Assembly: GCA_050250895.1 (NCBI GenBank)
Contig: JBFWNU010000001.1
Coordinates: 1,064,008 to 1,128,007, forward strand
Length of the DNA: 64,000 nt
Reading direction: 5' to 3'
DNA from: Vulcanimicrobiota bacterium
Lineage (GTDB): Bacteria > Vulcanimicrobiota > Xenobia > Xenobiales > JADMJV01
Shown here: piece after piece, positions 1 through 11,107 of the stretch
How the letters are laid out: each line of letters opens with the position of its first letter
How positions within the stretch are numbered: position 1 is the first letter of the stretch
Made by a program: the position numbers and the translations under genes
Notes under the pieces: generated by a model
Database searches by the model: none
What the model was told of the DNA's origin: nothing
The model's input: only the letters and a program-made list of their open reading frames with translations

Positions 1-1159
1 CCAGCTTGGTGTACATCTTGAAATAGTTCTGGAACGTGATCGAAGCCAGAGTCTGGTCCTCGGAGCGAATCTTGACGTTCTCTTTGGCCTCGATGGCCTG
101 ATGCAGACCGTCGGAATACCGGCGCCCGAACATCAAACGGCCGGTGAACTCGTCGACGATGACGATCTCGCTGTCTTTCACCACGTACTCGATGTCGTTG
201 CGATAGCACTCCTTGGCCCGCAAAGCGTTGGCGATGTGGTGAGCGGCGTCGGAATTCTCGTAGTCGAAGAGATTCTCGATACCCAGCAGCTCTTCCACCC
301 GCTCGGTGCCCTCCTCGGTGAGAGGGACCGACTTGGATTTCTCCTCGACCGTATAGTCCTCATCTCTTTTGAGAGTCTCGACCAGCTTGGAATATTTGCG
401 ATAATCGTCGGTGGACTTTTCGCCGCGCCCGGAGATGATCAAAGGGGTGCGGGCCTCGTCGATGAGAATCGAGTCGACCTCGTCGACGATGGTGTAGTGA
501 TGACCTCGCTGCACCTTGTCTTCGAGATTCCAGACCATGTTGTCGCGCAGGTAGTCGAATCCGAACTCGTTATTGGTGCCGTAGGTGATGTCGGCCCCGT
601 AGGCCTCGCGCCGGTGCACCGGCCGAACCGGATCGAGCTTGCCGCCCTGGGTGTCGATGCTCGGATCGAACAGGTAGGCCGTATCGTGGTTGATGATGCC
701 CACCGACATGCCCAGGGCGTGATAGATGGGACCCATCCACATCGCGTCGCGCTTGGCCAGATAATCGTTGACGGTGATCAGGTGCGCGCCTTTGCCCTCG
801 AGAGCGTTGAGGTACATCGCGCTGGTGGCCACCAATGTCTTACCTTCGCCGGTCTTCATTTCGGCGATGCGGCCCTGGTGGAGAACCAGTCCGCCCACCA
901 GCTGCACGTCGTAGTGGCGCATTCCCATCACGCGACGACCGGTCTCGCGCACGGTGGCAAAGGCCTCGGGCTGGATGTCGTCGAGGGTCTCGCCTTTGGC
1001 CAATCGGTCTTTGAATTCTTGCGTCTTGGCCCGCAAGGCCTCGTCGTCGAGCGCCTTGAACTTCTCCTCGAGCGCGTTGACGTCATCTACCATACGGCGT
1101 AGCTTTTTCACTTCACGTTCATTGGCGTCGAAGAGATTCTTGATCAATGTTGCTAACAT
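1..1159 (-). CDS. secA: Preprotein translocase ATPase SecA, N-terminal part (continues beyond window start)
   Basis: Not in the ORF track because it is open at the edge. Manual minus-strand translation from ATG at 1159 gives [22 protein letters not shown]..., with SecA motifs [44 protein letters not shown] and [21 protein letters not shown]-like AGGTG upstream. Confidence 0.97.
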   Translation of the reverse strand, partial: MLATLIKNLFDANEREVKKLRRMVDDVNALEEKFKALDDEALRAKTQEFKDRLAKGETLDDIQPEAFATVRETGRRVMGMRHYDVQLVGGLVLHQGRIAEMKTGEGKTLVATSAMYLNALEGKGAHLITVNDYLAKRDAMWMGPIYHALGMSVGIINHDTAYLFDPSIDTQGGKLDPVRPVHRREAYGADITYGTNNEFGFDYLRDNMVWNLEDKVQRGHHYTIVDEVDSILIDEARTPLIISGRGEKSTDDYRKYSKLVETLKRDEDYTVEEKSKSVPLTEEGTERVEELLGIENLFDYENSDAAHHIANALRAKECYRNDIEYVVKDSEIVIVDEFTGRLMFGRRYSDGLHQAIEAKENVKIRSEDQTLASITFQNYFKMYTKL

Positions 1160-1266
1160 GTGGTCACCTGTTTTCGAGACCTTATACCACAGATCCCCAG
1201 CTATGCCAACCTAAAAGAAGCGCACCGATTGGCCCTCGGTGCTGTCGGGGGGGTCAGACCGCCTGG

Positions 1267-2763
1267 TCAGGGCCGGACGGCCAACCCGAAAGGACTCGAA
1301 TTTGGCATAGGGTCGGTGGTGTGCTCGAGGGCTCCGGTGGCAGCGTTGATGGTCACCACCGTGCCCGAATCTTTGCAGGTCACGAAAGCCTTGCTGCTGT
1401 CGAGGGCTACAGCCACCCCCAGCGGACCTTTACTGACCGGGATGCTGGCCAGCACCTGGTGCGAGCGCCCGTCGATGATACTGACCGAGTTGCTGCCCTT
1501 GTTGGTCACGAAAATGCGGGCTCCGTTGGGCGCGACGGCCACTTTTTGTGGGTTAACCCCCACCCCGATGTCGCCGGCCGCAGTCAGGCTCCAGGCATCG
1601 AGCACCGTCAGGGTGCCCGAACTGGCGTTGGGAACATAAAGAAATCGACCATCGGGCGAGATGGCCACTCCGGTCGGGTTGGCTCCCACCTGAGCCGTGC
1701 CCAGGGCCTGGCCCGAATAGACGTCGATCATGGTGACCTCGCCCGACTGAAGCGTGCCGGTGACCACATACATACGGTCACCCTGAGGATTCATCACCAC
1801 CGCCCGGGGCTGACTGCCGCCGGGGGCCTGGACAGGAATGAAGGCTTGGGGGGTATGGGTTCGCGTCTCGATCATCATGACGCCGGGGGTGGCGGCCATG
1901 ATGGGGGCCAGAACGTATTCGCCGTTCGGCGAAAGCTGCAAGTCGGTGATGACCCCGCGCGCCGGAATATTGCTGATCAGACGGTTCTCATGAGCGGCAT
2001 CAAAGACCTGAATCTGTTTGTTGCTGTTGCTCACATATAAGATAGTGCCCGGCTTGTTGAAGCAAACCCAGAACGGAGAGCTGGTCAGATTGTGAAAACC
2101 GGTGCTGGTAGGGTTGTTGGGGGGCAAAATCATCAGGCTGTTGGGGGCGAAATTGGTGGGGTTCCACTCGTAGGTGCCCGGCATCCGCTGGGCCGGTGGA
2201 CCGTTGGTCTCGAGCGCCAGCGGGTCAGCCCCGGCCGCAATGGCTGAGCGATAGACGTGAGGGTTCTTGGGCATGCCGCTGCGGGTGCCCACCTCGGCCT
2301 GGTTGACCTGGCGCCCGGCAAAAGCCACATAGAGCGTGCCGGGACCGGTGGGGGTATCCCCAACCATCTGGGTGCCGGCCGGATTCATTACCAGTCGAAC
2401 GTTCTCGGCAAAAGTCCCGTTGGTTACGTTCACCTTTTTGGTGACGGTACCCCAGCCGTCCTTGCTGCAGACGATGGTGCACTCCCCCTCGGGCGCCCCT
2501 TCGAAATAAAACATCCCGCGTTCGGTGGTGGTGGTGACCCAATCGGTCCCCTGAATGCGCACCTCGACCCCAACCACAGGGTCGTAGCCTCCGGTCATCT
2601 GGGTATTGTTCTTGGTGGCCGTGGTATAAATCAGTCCGGCCAGGTTGATCTGCTTGGTGGATTTCTTTTTCTCGTCTTCCTTCTTCTTCTTGGCCAGGGC
2701 CGCAGGGGCCAGGGCCAGCACCAAGAGCAGGGTCAATATCAGTCCTAGGCGACTTTTGCGCAT
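1267..2763 (-). CDS. Secreted protein with carboxypeptidase-regulatory-like Ig domain and YVTN/YncE-type beta-propeller
   Basis: Signal peptide MRKSRLGLILTLLLVLALAPAALA. Repeats such as VGANPTGVAISPDGRFLYV and VGVNPQKVAVAPNGARIFVTN. GAAGGAG upstream of the ATG at 2763. Confidence 0.8.
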   Translation of the reverse strand: MRKSRLGLILTLLLVLALAPAALAKKKKEDEKKKSTKQINLAGLIYTTATKNNTQMTGGYDPVVGVEVRIQGTDWVTTTTERGMFYFEGAPEGECTIVCSKDGWGTVTKKVNVTNGTFAENVRLVMNPAGTQMVGDTPTGPGTLYVAFAGRQVNQAEVGTRSGMPKNPHVYRSAIAAGADPLALETNGPPAQRMPGTYEWNPTNFAPNSLMILPPNNPTSTGFHNLTSSPFWVCFNKPGTILYVSNSNKQIQVFDAAHENRLISNIPARGVITDLQLSPNGEYVLAPIMAATPGVMMIETRTHTPQAFIPVQAPGGSQPRAVVMNPQGDRMYVVTGTLQSGEVTMIDVYSGQALGTAQVGANPTGVAISPDGRFLYVPNASSGTLTVLDAWSLTAAGDIGVGVNPQKVAVAPNGARIFVTNKGSNSVSIIDGRSHQVLASIPVSKGPLGVAVALDSSKAFVTCKDSGTVVTINAATGALEHTTDPMPNSSPFGLAVRP

Positions 2764-2767
2764 TCGC

Positions 2768-3172
2768 TCACTCCTTCGCAACGGGCTTCTCCAAAAACTC
2801 CTCTGCCATCACCACCGCCGCGTAGTCGTCGTATGGCCCCGGCGGTATCTGAAGGCCCAGGGGAACCAGCCTCCAAAAGCCCCGCGGAGGATGGTCCTGA
2901 AAGTATCGATAGCGGGCTCGCTCGGTGGTGTGCCGCTCGTCGACAATGGTGGGCTTAATCTCTAATTCGTTCTTTAACCGGCCCACCACCTCTTTGCTGC
3001 CTGTGCTGCCCCCCACCAGCACCGTGTCTACCGAGTGCTGCTGGGTCCACTGTCGCACGCGCTCGATCAGTTCTTCCGTGGCCACGACTTCGCGCTGGAT
3101 CACACCCTGGCTTCGGCTGACTACGGCCAGACCACACTTGCGCTTGCCGGGATCGACGGCCAGTACCGTCAA
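2768..3172 (-). CDS. yqgF: YqgF/RuvX-family RNase H-fold nuclease (pre-16S rRNA processing)
   Basis: VLAVDPGKRKCGLAV, VDERHTT and DDYAAVVMAE motifs; 134 aa. Confidence 0.85.
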   Translation of the reverse strand: MTVLAVDPGKRKCGLAVVSRSQGVIQREVVATEELIERVRQWTQQHSVDTVLVGGSTGSKEVVGRLKNELEIKPTIVDERHTTERARYRYFQDHPPRGFWRLVPLGLQIPPGPYDDYAAVVMAEEFLEKPVAKE

Positions 3173-4134
3173 CGATGCAACCCCGAGGCAGCCAGGTCGG
3201 CCGGCAGCACCTCGATGCGAACGTCGAGGGTGCTACTTTCATAAAGATCGCGATTAGCGATAGCCACCAGGCGCGAAGGCCCTTGTCGGGACTCGATCTT
3301 GTTACTGATGGCCAGCAACTGTTCGTTGGTCAACCCGCCGCCCAGGCTATCGTTCATCTCGAGCATGCCTTTGCGCAAAGCATTGTAGCGCAGCCGGTCA
3401 AGAAACTCATACCAGTTGACCAGCGACTGGCCCGGCTCGACCTCGAGCTCGCAGACCACTTCGCCCTCGGAAAACACTTTCTTGACAGGGAACGGCTCGA
3501 CCGAGACGGGGACCTGGTCGCGGTAGAGGCAGTTCTTGCCCACCACCAGCCAGACGCCAACCGTCTCCTCGCCATCCGACAGCTCGGTAACCCAACGCTG
3601 AAAGTCGTCAAGCTCATACTCTACTAAAACCGACCCGGTCTCGAGAGGTTCCTCTCGACGGGTGGTTGCGATGCGATTGTTCTTGATCAGGCTGAGCATG
3701 TTGGCCGTGACCAGCATCGAACGCATGTTGCGGGCCACCACCTCGGGCTCGGAATGGGCCGGCACGGTCCCCAGCGCGATGCGCTCGCCATAGTTCCAAA
3801 CGATGGTCCCCTTTTGCACCTCGCGCTGCAAAGCCAGAACCTCACTGTTGAGTTGACGCTCGCGCTCGCGCAGCAGATTGATTCGATTGTTCGTTTCGAA
3901 CACCAAATCGCGGATATCCTGAGAGGCCACAATGGCTAGACTCAGGGTCAATAGCGCGATGAGGATGCCAGTCAGAGTAGTGATGAAGATCGAGGTGTGG
4001 CGCGGGCGCATGCCAAACACGCTCATTTTTCGGCGGCCAATGCGGCGGCCGAGCTGATTTCCGAGCATGGCGATGCCACCAGAAACCAGCGCTACCAGAA
4101 GATATATGCCGACCACCCGAAGAACGGAACCCAC
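3169..4134 (-). CDS. DUF3084-like membrane/coiled-coil protein
   Basis: N-terminal GGIAMLGNQLGRRIGRRKMSVFGMRPRHTS signature, two TM helices, then a coiled coil. Sits in its usual position between lptG and yqgF. Confidence 0.8.
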   Translation of the reverse strand: MGSVLRVVGIYLLVALVSGGIAMLGNQLGRRIGRRKMSVFGMRPRHTSIFITTLTGILIALLTLSLAIVASQDIRDLVFETNNRINLLRERERQLNSEVLALQREVQKGTIVWNYGERIALGTVPAHSEPEVVARNMRSMLVTANMLSLIKNNRIATTRREEPLETGSVLVEYELDDFQRWVTELSDGEETVGVWLVVGKNCLYRDQVPVSVEPFPVKKVFSEGEVVCELEVEPGQSLVNWYEFLDRLRYNALRKGMLEMNDSLGGGLTNEQLLAISNKIESRQGPSRLVAIANRDLYESSTLDVRIEVLPADLAASGLHR

Positions 4135-4190
4135 GGGATTTAGTGCACCTCATCCAGGGCCGATTGCGAGGTCATGATACCACAGCCGCG

Positions 4191-5315
4191 TTATCGGCGG
4201 GAAGCATCTAACAAAAGGCCGATTCCCATCACTCCGAATACCAGGTTGGGCAGCCAGGCACCCGCTTGGGGGTCGAGACTGCCGGACTCGCCCAGTACCA
4301 TTCCCATCGTCATTAGCACGTAGTAGACCAGAATGAACAGCAGGGACAGGCCCAGGCCCATGGAGCGGCTGGCCCGGTGGGGGCGCACCCCGAGCGGGAT
4401 CGCGAAGGCGCCGAAGATCAGAGGAGTCCAGGGAAGGGCCGCCTTCTGGTGCAGCATCACGCGAAAGCGGTTGCGCTGGCGTACAGCTTTGTCGTCTTCG
4501 TGCTGGGGGGCCGGCAGCATCTTGAGACTCTGACGCAACTCTGCCTGACTGAGTTCTTCGGGCCGAAACTCGCGTTTGTTCAACTCATCGGGGGCGGGAG
4601 GCGATTCATCCGGGGACAGGGCTGTCCAGCCCTCCTCGCTAACCGCCTCCATGATCGGTTCCTGCCAACGATCGTATTCCACCGTGCGCATGTGGTGAAG
4701 CACCCAGACCTGACCGTCCCAACGAGCTTTCTCGGCATAAATCTCGCGGCGTCGCATGCTCTCGTAGAAATAGTGGATGAAGACACCCTGCATGGTCTGC
4801 TCTTCCAGGTTGATCTTGTGGGCGTAGACCATTTGCTCCATGCCGTTCTTCATCGGTTTGGGGGCGGTCAGAAGAGCTTGTCGGAAGGTGTCTTCGTTGG
4901 TCTGGGTCGAGAGCAAGATATCAAAAGCCCGCTTCATCCGATCGGGCACGATCTGTTCGTTGAGCCAGTGGGAGAAGAGGCTCACCGCCAGGCAGAACCC
5001 CAGGGCCGGCAGGGCGATGCGCACAAAGCTGATGCCTGAGGCTTTGAGAGCCGTCAGTTCCGACTCGCCCGACAGACGTCCGAAGGCCAACAGGCAGCTC
5101 AACAGCACCGCCATCGGGAAAGTAAAGACCAGTACCTGAGGCAGTCGACAAAGCAGATACTCCATGACCAGCTCCAAGCCGGCCTTGGATTCCGCCACCA
5201 TGCGGGCCACTCCCATCAGGGTCTCGACCGAAAAGAACAAGATCGTGAAGGCTCCCAGGCCGAACAGAAAAGGCCCCAGCAGCTCCCGGACGATATAGCG
5301 GTCGAGAATCTTCAC
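4191..5315 (-). CDS. lptG: LPS export permease, LptF/LptG (YjgP/YjgQ) family
   Basis: [36 protein letters not shown] and AWLPNLVF motifs; coupled to lptB. Confidence 0.9.
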   Translation of the reverse strand: MKILDRYIVRELLGPFLFGLGAFTILFFSVETLMGVARMVAESKAGLELVMEYLLCRLPQVLVFTFPMAVLLSCLLAFGRLSGESELTALKASGISFVRIALPALGFCLAVSLFSHWLNEQIVPDRMKRAFDILLSTQTNEDTFRQALLTAPKPMKNGMEQMVYAHKINLEEQTMQGVFIHYFYESMRRREIYAEKARWDGQVWVLHHMRTVEYDRWQEPIMEAVSEEGWTALSPDESPPAPDELNKREFRPEELSQAELRQSLKMLPAPQHEDDKAVRQRNRFRVMLHQKAALPWTPLIFGAFAIPLGVRPHRASRSMGLGLSLLFILVYYVLMTMGMVLGESGSLDPQAGAWLPNLVFGVMGIGLLLDASRR

Positions 5316-6115
5316 GAAACCGTCTCGGTAACCGCCTCGGCCACTGCCTCTGGCTTTGAGACCACTTCGGGGGCCGGCTCGTTGGCCGACTCGAATCCGG
5401 TCTGAAACTTCTCCCCCAGGTAGTATTTGCGGGCCAGACGACTGTCCGCGATGATCTTGGGCTCGCCCGCCACCAGAATCTGTCCCTCGCGGATGATGTA
5501 GGCCCGGTCGGTGATGGCTAGCGTCTCGCGCACATTGTGGTCGGTGATGAGCACGCCGATGCCGCGCTCGCGCAGTCGCCCGATAATCTCCTGAATTTCG
5601 GCCACGGCGATGGGGTCGACTCCGGTAAAAGGCTCGTCGAGCAAGAGAAACTTGGGTTCGAGGGCCAGGCTGCGGGCGATCTCTACGCGGCGGCGCTCGC
5701 CACCTGAGAGTTCACAGCCCTTGCTCTTGCGCACACGGTCGAGGGCAAACTCGTCGAGTAGCCGGGCCAGACGCTCTTTCTGCTCGCTGCGGCCGACTCT
5801 GTTGAGTTGCCACACCAGGCGCAGGTTGTCTTCCACGCTCAAGGCTCGAAAAACCGAGGCTTCTTGCGCCAGATAGGAAACGCCCAGCCGAGCGCGTTTG
5901 TGCATCGGATAACGGGCCATGTTCTTGCCGCCCAGCAGGATCGAGCCTCCGTCGGGCTTGACCAATCCCACCACCATAGAAAAGGTGGTGGTCTTGCCGG
6001 CGCCGTTGGAACCGAGCAGTCCGACCACTTCGCCCTGCGACACCTCAAGGCTGACCCCGTCGACGACGCGGCGGCGGCCGTAGCTCTTGACGAGGTCTTG
6101 AACCTCGATTTTCAT
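5312..6115 (-). CDS. lptB: LPS export ABC transporter ATPase LptB
   Basis: Walker [54 protein letters not shown]. Confidence 0.95.
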   Translation of the reverse strand: MKIEVQDLVKSYGRRRVVDGVSLEVSQGEVVGLLGSNGAGKTTTFSMVVGLVKPDGGSILLGGKNMARYPMHKRARLGVSYLAQEASVFRALSVEDNLRLVWQLNRVGRSEQKERLARLLDEFALDRVRKSKGCELSGGERRRVEIARSLALEPKFLLLDEPFTGVDPIAVAEIQEIIGRLRERGIGVLITDHNVRETLAITDRAYIIREGQILVAGEPKIIADSRLARKYYLGEKFQTGFESANEPAPEVVSKPEAVAEAVTETVS

Positions 6116-6693
6116 CGCTCGTCTCCTTCGTTACCCCTCTGGAACACGGTCCGAGCCCGAACGTTTCCCTCGAGTTCGACATGTTCGAGATGGGCGGTCG
6201 CCTCCATGGTGTCCCCGACCACGGTGGAGAACCCTTTGATCCAACGCACTCCCTCTGTACCGTAGAACATCTTCTTCTTGCCATCCCAGAGCAGATGGTT
6301 AACTTTCAGCAAATCTCCGTGTTCCACCCGGGTGGCCACCGTCTGCCCAAAAAATTCGACCGTCTCGGTCTCGAGGTCAAACTCGGCCGAAGGCGCCTTG
6401 ACGTTCACGGCTGGCTGCTCTTTCTCGTCGAGCAGATCCCAATCGACGTCGTAGGCCTTGGCCTTGCGCCGACCCTCGAACCAGTCGATCTTGGTGGCAT
6501 CCAGGGCCCAACGCTCGCCCTTCTTGGTGCGCACGGTGGTCTTGGCCAGATTGATGTCTTTATTCACGTCAGGGGTGGGCGAACTGGCCTCCGGCGCAGG
6601 GCTGGCCACGGCTTGTTCGGCGGGCTCCGGGGTAGGCTCGGAGGCGCAACCCACCCAAAGAAAACACAGCCAGCATAGCAGAACCAGACGCAT
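6112..6693 (-). CDS. lptC: LptC-like periplasmic lipoprotein
   Basis: Lipobox-like WVGC after a hydrophobic leader, beta-jellyroll-like sequence, directly upstream of lptB. Start chosen at 6693. Confidence 0.7.
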   Translation of the reverse strand: MRLVLLCWLCFLWVGCASEPTPEPAEQAVASPAPEASSPTPDVNKDINLAKTTVRTKKGERWALDATKIDWFEGRRKAKAYDVDWDLLDEKEQPAVNVKAPSAEFDLETETVEFFGQTVATRVEHGDLLKVNHLLWDGKKKMFYGTEGVRWIKGFSTVVGDTMEATAHLEHVELEGNVRARTVFQRGNEGDER

Positions 6694-6792
6694 AGCCTTT
6701 TCCATTCTGGGAAAGAACACGCAATTCCTTACCCGGAGCGACACACAAGAAAACGGCAGGTGCCCGGGAGTTGGTCCGGAATTTGCCCCAGA

Positions 6793-9700
6793 GTGAGGCG
6801 ACCACGGATTTTTGCTCTAATGCTGGGACTGCTGTTGCTGGGCCTGGCTGTCCCCCCCTATGGACAAACCTTCACCCCTCGCGCCGGCCAGCGTGGCTAC
6901 GGCCTGACCGTCTTTTCGGGCACCACCGTCACCCGCTTTGACGTGACCGTGCTGGGGGTCGCCCGGCGTGCCCTGCGCGGCAGCGACATGGTCCTGATTC
7001 GCATCGACAACTCGGTGCTAAATCGCCACCACACCGGAGTGGTAGCCGGAATGAGCGGGTCTCCGGTTTATATCGACGGCCAGTTGATCGGGGCCATCGG
7101 TTACGGCTGGACCGGCTCCCAGGAGCCCATCGGGGGCGTGACCCCCCTGCCCAGCATGCTGGCCGACCTGCCTCTCGCTGAAAGCCAGACTGGGGGCCGC
7201 CTTGAACAACCCCTGCGCGTGGCCGGCCAGACCTATGACCAGGTGACCATCAGCCCTAAACCCGACGCGGTGGGTTCAAGCACCCTCAACCTGACCCCGG
7301 TGGCCAGCCTGGTTCAGGCTAACGGAATCGGACCCGAGGCCCTGAGGTTCTTGAGCGGACAGCTCGAACCCCTGGGCATGCAGACTCTGGCCGCCAGCGG
7401 CTCGGGCCGGCGCAGCGGCGCAGGGATCCCCCGGCTGGTGCCGGGATCGGCAGTAGGCATCCAACTCATCGACGGAGACATCGACCTGGCCAGCACCGGC
7501 ACCCTGACCTGGCGCCAGGGTGACAAGGTCCTCGCCTTTGGCCACAGCCTGGCCCAGTTGGGACCGGTGCGACTGCCCATGACGGCCGCCACCATCAACA
7601 CGATCCACCCCAGCTACGAGCGCTCCTGGAAGATGGCCACCCAGCTGGGATTGGTGGGCGAGATCAACAACGATCGCTTCCACGCCGTGGCCGGTCGCCT
7701 TCACGCTCCCTCGCAGATGCTGCCCGCCACCTTCGCCATCTCGGGCTCACCCCCATTCCGGGTGAAGGTAGCCCAGCATCCGATGCTGACCCCCGGGCTA
7801 CTGGCCACTTCAGCCCTGGAAGCGATGGCCACTCGGGTCACCGACAACGAGGACACCACCGCCCGAGTGAGCTTCCACTTCAAGGTCGAAGGGCGCGAAC
7901 CCGTCACCCTCACCACCATGGCCAGCGGCAAAGACATCAGCAAAGAGGTGGCCGCGGATCTATCGGCGTTGCTGTCCCCCCTGGTCAACAACCCCCTCGA
8001 GCCCGTCACCCTCGAGTCGCTGTCCACCGAAATTCGCCTCGAGCCGGGCCGAAAGACCGCCCGGGTCACCCGCATCAGCACCGACAAGGACCGCTATCGT
8101 CCCGGTGAGGTGGTCAAGCTCGAGGTCGAGTTGACACCCTTCGGGCAACGCCCCCGCCTCGAGCATTTCGAACTGCCTATTCCCGAGGATGCCAGCAAGG
8201 GTCGAGCAAAACTGGCCGTGGGCGGAGGAGCCAGCCAGTCGACTCTGTTAAAGACGGTGGGATTCAGCCAGCCCGCTCCGACGTCCGTCGACTCTCTGCT
8301 CGACTATTTCAAGGACCTGTCGCCAAGCAATTCGCTCGTGGCTGCCCTGGGAGCCGGCCCCGACGAGTTGGCCGTGCACGGGCGACCCTTGCCAGAACTG
8401 CCGCCCGCCCAGCGCGCCTGGCTGAGCAGTCTAGAGAATCGTTGGCTGACCACCACCCACCCCGCTATTCGCCGAGCCCGCCCTCTGGACTGGGTCATCG
8501 AGGGAAGTGAAACCGCCACCATCGAAGTGCTGGCCGCCCCCAGCCTGGCCATCGAGCCACTCTTTGAAGAAAAGAAGAAAGCCGCCACGGCCACGTCCAA
8601 GACGCCGGCTGAAAACCAGCTCATCCAGTTGCCGGGCGGAGGCTACCGAATCTCGGTCAACAGCTATGAAGATTTGCGCGCCGGCGAGTTGCACGGGCTC
8701 GGGCTCGAGGCCCAGGGCGGCCTCTCCCCCGGCGTGGCCCCCAGCCCGCTGGGGGCCCCCCTGGCCGAGGTGGCCACTGCCCTGATCAGCGACGGTCAGA
8801 CCGTGGACGTAGGCTGGACCGGTGGCCAGGTGTGGGCCGGCCACCAACGCCTCGAGACCGGCCAGGGCATGGTCACCGCCCTGCTGCGCGACGGCCCCGA
8901 CCTTTGGGTGGCCACTTCGCCGGGAGCTCGCCTGCTGCGCTTTCGCGAGGGTGAGCTGGCTCAGACGGTGGAACTGCCGTCCACCTACGTGTGGGGTCTG
9001 TGCTCGGCCCCAGAAGGCGGCTTGCTGATCGCCTGCGGGCGGCCGGGGGGGCTCTACAGCCTCAAGGCCGACGGTAAGCCGCGCCTGGTTTGCCCGGCCG
9101 ACGACCAGCATGTTAGCGCCCTGGTGCGCCATCAGCAAGAGGTCTACTTCGGAACCTCGCCGGCCGGACTGCTGTGGAAGCTCACCCCGGCCGGGCCCAG
9201 CCGGGTCGGGTTGTATCAGGGGGGGATCGGCGCCCTGACCTGGCATGCCGACGAACTGCTGGTGGGGGCCGGTCAGGCCCTCTATCGCGTCGATGGTTCG
9301 CGTATTCCCCTGCCCGACGCCAGCGTGGTGGCGCTCGCCTCACAGGGTGGGCAGGTCTGGGCCGCCACCAGTCGGGGTCTGTTCCGGGTGGACCCCGAGG
9401 CCGGCACCTATCGGTTGCTGAGCAAAAACCCCTCTGCCACCCTGGCGGCCGAGACCGGGGCCACTCTGGAAGGGTCGAACCGGCTGATGCGCTGGTCGGC
9501 CAGCTCCAACGGCACTTATGAATCCAAGGTGCTCGACGCCACCCGCCAGTCCCGCTGGGGAAACCTGCGCTGGCAGGCCGACCCCCCGGCAAGCCAGATG
9601 GTGGTGCGCACTCGCAGCGGACCCACCCCCCAGCCAGACAGTAGCTGGAGCGACTGGTCCAGCCCACTATTGGCGGCCAGCGGCAGCCCGATCACTTCAC

Positions 9701-10326
9701 CGCCGGCCCGCTATTTGCAGCTTCAGGCTCAGCTGACCCAGGGAGCCCTGGAGAGCTTCGACGTGACCTTCAAGCCCGAGCGCGGCCAACCCCGGGCGAC
9801 CTTTGTCGAACCGGCCGGAGGAGAGTGCTGGGGAGGGGTGCGGACTATCCGCTGGAAGCTCGAACAGGGCAGCGCCGAGGGCCTCAGCTATCGCCTCGAG
9901 GCCTCGCTCGATGGCCGCGACTGGAGGTCGTTGGGCGCACCCCGCCCGGTCGAAGACCGCGACCCCGAATTTCGCTGGGCCACCGCCAGTCTGGCCGATG
10001 GGTCTTACCAGCTCCGTCTGACCCTGTTCGAAGGCCAGGAGCAGCTGGCCCAGAGCCTATCCAAGCGCGTCTATGTCTCGAATACCCCTCCCCAGGTCGC
10101 CTGGCTGGGAGGCGGCAAGGGCGTGGCCACCACCCGCGGCCCGGTGGCCATCGTCGAGGTACTCTATCGGGCCCGCGGACAGAGATGGCAGCTGGCTCGA
10201 GCCCGCGACGGCCTGTTTGATTCCTCACGCGAAGAGTTTCTGGTCCCCCTCCCCAGCGGCACTGAAGTGGAGCTGGAAATTCGCGACGAGACGGGCCAGA
10301 AAACCACGCTGTCACGCCAAATCTAG
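6793..10326 (+). CDS. SpoIVB/peptidase S55 domain fused to beta-propeller and C-terminal Ig/FnIII-like domains
   Basis: S55 motifs VVAGMSGSPVYIDGQLIGAI and VLAFGH; C-terminal SRWGNLRW..TRSGPTPQPDSSWSDWS..SPPARYLQ. Signal peptide from GTG at 6793 (start uncertain). Confidence 0.85.
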   Translation: MRRPRIFALMLGLLLLGLAVPPYGQTFTPRAGQRGYGLTVFSGTTVTRFDVTVLGVARRALRGSDMVLIRIDNSVLNRHHTGVVAGMSGSPVYIDGQLIGAIGYGWTGSQEPIGGVTPLPSMLADLPLAESQTGGRLEQPLRVAGQTYDQVTISPKPDAVGSSTLNLTPVASLVQANGIGPEALRFLSGQLEPLGMQTLAASGSGRRSGAGIPRLVPGSAVGIQLIDGDIDLASTGTLTWRQGDKVLAFGHSLAQLGPVRLPMTAATINTIHPSYERSWKMATQLGLVGEINNDRFHAVAGRLHAPSQMLPATFAISGSPPFRVKVAQHPMLTPGLLATSALEAMATRVTDNEDTTARVSFHFKVEGREPVTLTTMASGKDISKEVAADLSALLSPLVNNPLEPVTLESLSTEIRLEPGRKTARVTRISTDKDRYRPGEVVKLEVELTPFGQRPRLEHFELPIPEDASKGRAKLAVGGGASQSTLLKTVGFSQPAPTSVDSLLDYFKDLSPSNSLVAALGAGPDELAVHGRPLPELPPAQRAWLSSLENRWLTTTHPAIRRARPLDWVIEGSETATIEVLAAPSLAIEPLFEEKKKAATATSKTPAENQLIQLPGGGYRISVNSYEDLRAGELHGLGLEAQGGLSPGVAPSPLGAPLAEVATALISDGQTVDVGWTGGQVWAGHQRLETGQGMVTALLRDGPDLWVATSPGARLLRFREGELAQTVELPSTYVWGLCSAPEGGLLIACGRPGGLYSLKADGKPRLVCPADDQHVSALVRHQQEVYFGTSPAGLLWKLTPAGPSRVGLYQGGIGALTWHADELLVGAGQALYRVDGSRIPLPDASVVALASQGGQVWAATSRGLFRVDPEAGTYRLLSKNPSATLAAETGATLEGSNRLMRWSASSNGTYESKVLDATRQSRWGNLRWQADPPASQMVVRTRSGPTPQPDSSWSDWSSPLLAASGSPITSPPARYLQLQAQLTQGALESFDVTFKPERGQPRATFVEPAGGECWGGVRTIRWKLEQGSAEGLSYRLEASLDGRDWRSLGAPRPVEDRDPEFRWATASLADGSYQLRLTLFEGQEQLAQSLSKRVYVSNTPPQVAWLGGGKGVATTRGPVAIVEVLYRARGQRWQLARARDGLFDSSREEFLVPLPSGTEVELEIRDETGQKTTLSRQI

Positions 10327-10414
10327 CCCGCCGGGGGGCTTCCCCAGCCAGACAGGAAGGCCGGTCACCTCGTGGAAAGCGACTCCGAGATAGAACTTTT
10401 TTCAAGGAGTGACC

Positions 10415-11023
10415 ATGGCCCACGAAATCAATCTCAAGGAAGCGGTCAAGCTCTCGGGCAAATCCGAGAAGACCTTGCGCCGTAAAATCGAGGCGGGCCT
10501 GTTACAGGGCCGCCGCGAGGATCTCGAATACGGTGGCTTCATGTGGCTCATCGATCTGACTTCGCTGGAGGAGCTGTACCCCGGGTCAGCACCCAGGGCG
10601 ATGCTAGAAATCGAGAGCCCGGACGAGCCCCCGCCGACCAGGCTGGAGCCCACCCCCAGCAGCGCCGTCACCCCGGCGCAGGCCGAAGAAGCCCCGCCTG
10701 TCCCGCCGTCCAACCAGCAATTCTTCGACTATCTGCTCGAAGAGAACCGCAACCTCAAAGAAGAAGTTCGCCAACGCGACGCCCGCATCACCTCGATGCA
10801 GGAGGCGCAGGCGCGTCTCGAGCGTTCGTTGGGCGAACAACAAGGGACGGCTGCCACCCAGAGCCGGGTGCTGGAGTGGTTTCAGCAACAAGAGCGACCG
10901 GCTCTGCCCCCCGGGCCCCAGGACGTGCCGTCTCAAGAACCCTCGGGCGCGGTGTCGGCGGGTACCGGCCTGCTGGTTCTGATCGCCCTGACCGTCGGCG
11001 GATTGCTTTCTTACCTCTTCTGA
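10415..11023 (+). CDS. HTH DNA-binding protein with coiled coil and C-terminal membrane anchor
   Basis: INLKEAVKLSGKSEKTLRRKIEAGLL (excisionase/MerR-like HTH), coiled coil, hydrophobic tail LLVLIALTVGGLLSYLF. SD AAGGAG. Confidence 0.7.
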   Translation: MAHEINLKEAVKLSGKSEKTLRRKIEAGLLQGRREDLEYGGFMWLIDLTSLEELYPGSAPRAMLEIESPDEPPPTRLEPTPSSAVTPAQAEEAPPVPPSNQQFFDYLLEENRNLKEEVRQRDARITSMQEAQARLERSLGEQQGTAATQSRVLEWFQQQERPALPPGPQDVPSQEPSGAVSAGTGLLVLIALTVGGLLSYLF

Positions 11024-11027
11024 CCGG

Positions 11028-11066
11028 AAAAAAAGGAGGCGCCCGGCGGGGCGCCTCTTTTTTTTT
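11028..11066. terminator. Bidirectional intrinsic terminator
   Basis: A7, GAGGCGCCC-ggcg-GGGCGCCTC stem-loop, T9, between convergent genes. Confidence 0.9.
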
Positions 11067-11107
11067 GGCTGGATGATGACGTCGGTTTTGTTCGAGGTTT
11101 TGTTCGA

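Noticed and set aside
101-1102. 333-aa + strand ORF
   Set aside because: Antisense shadow of secA, which has clear motifs on the minus strand.
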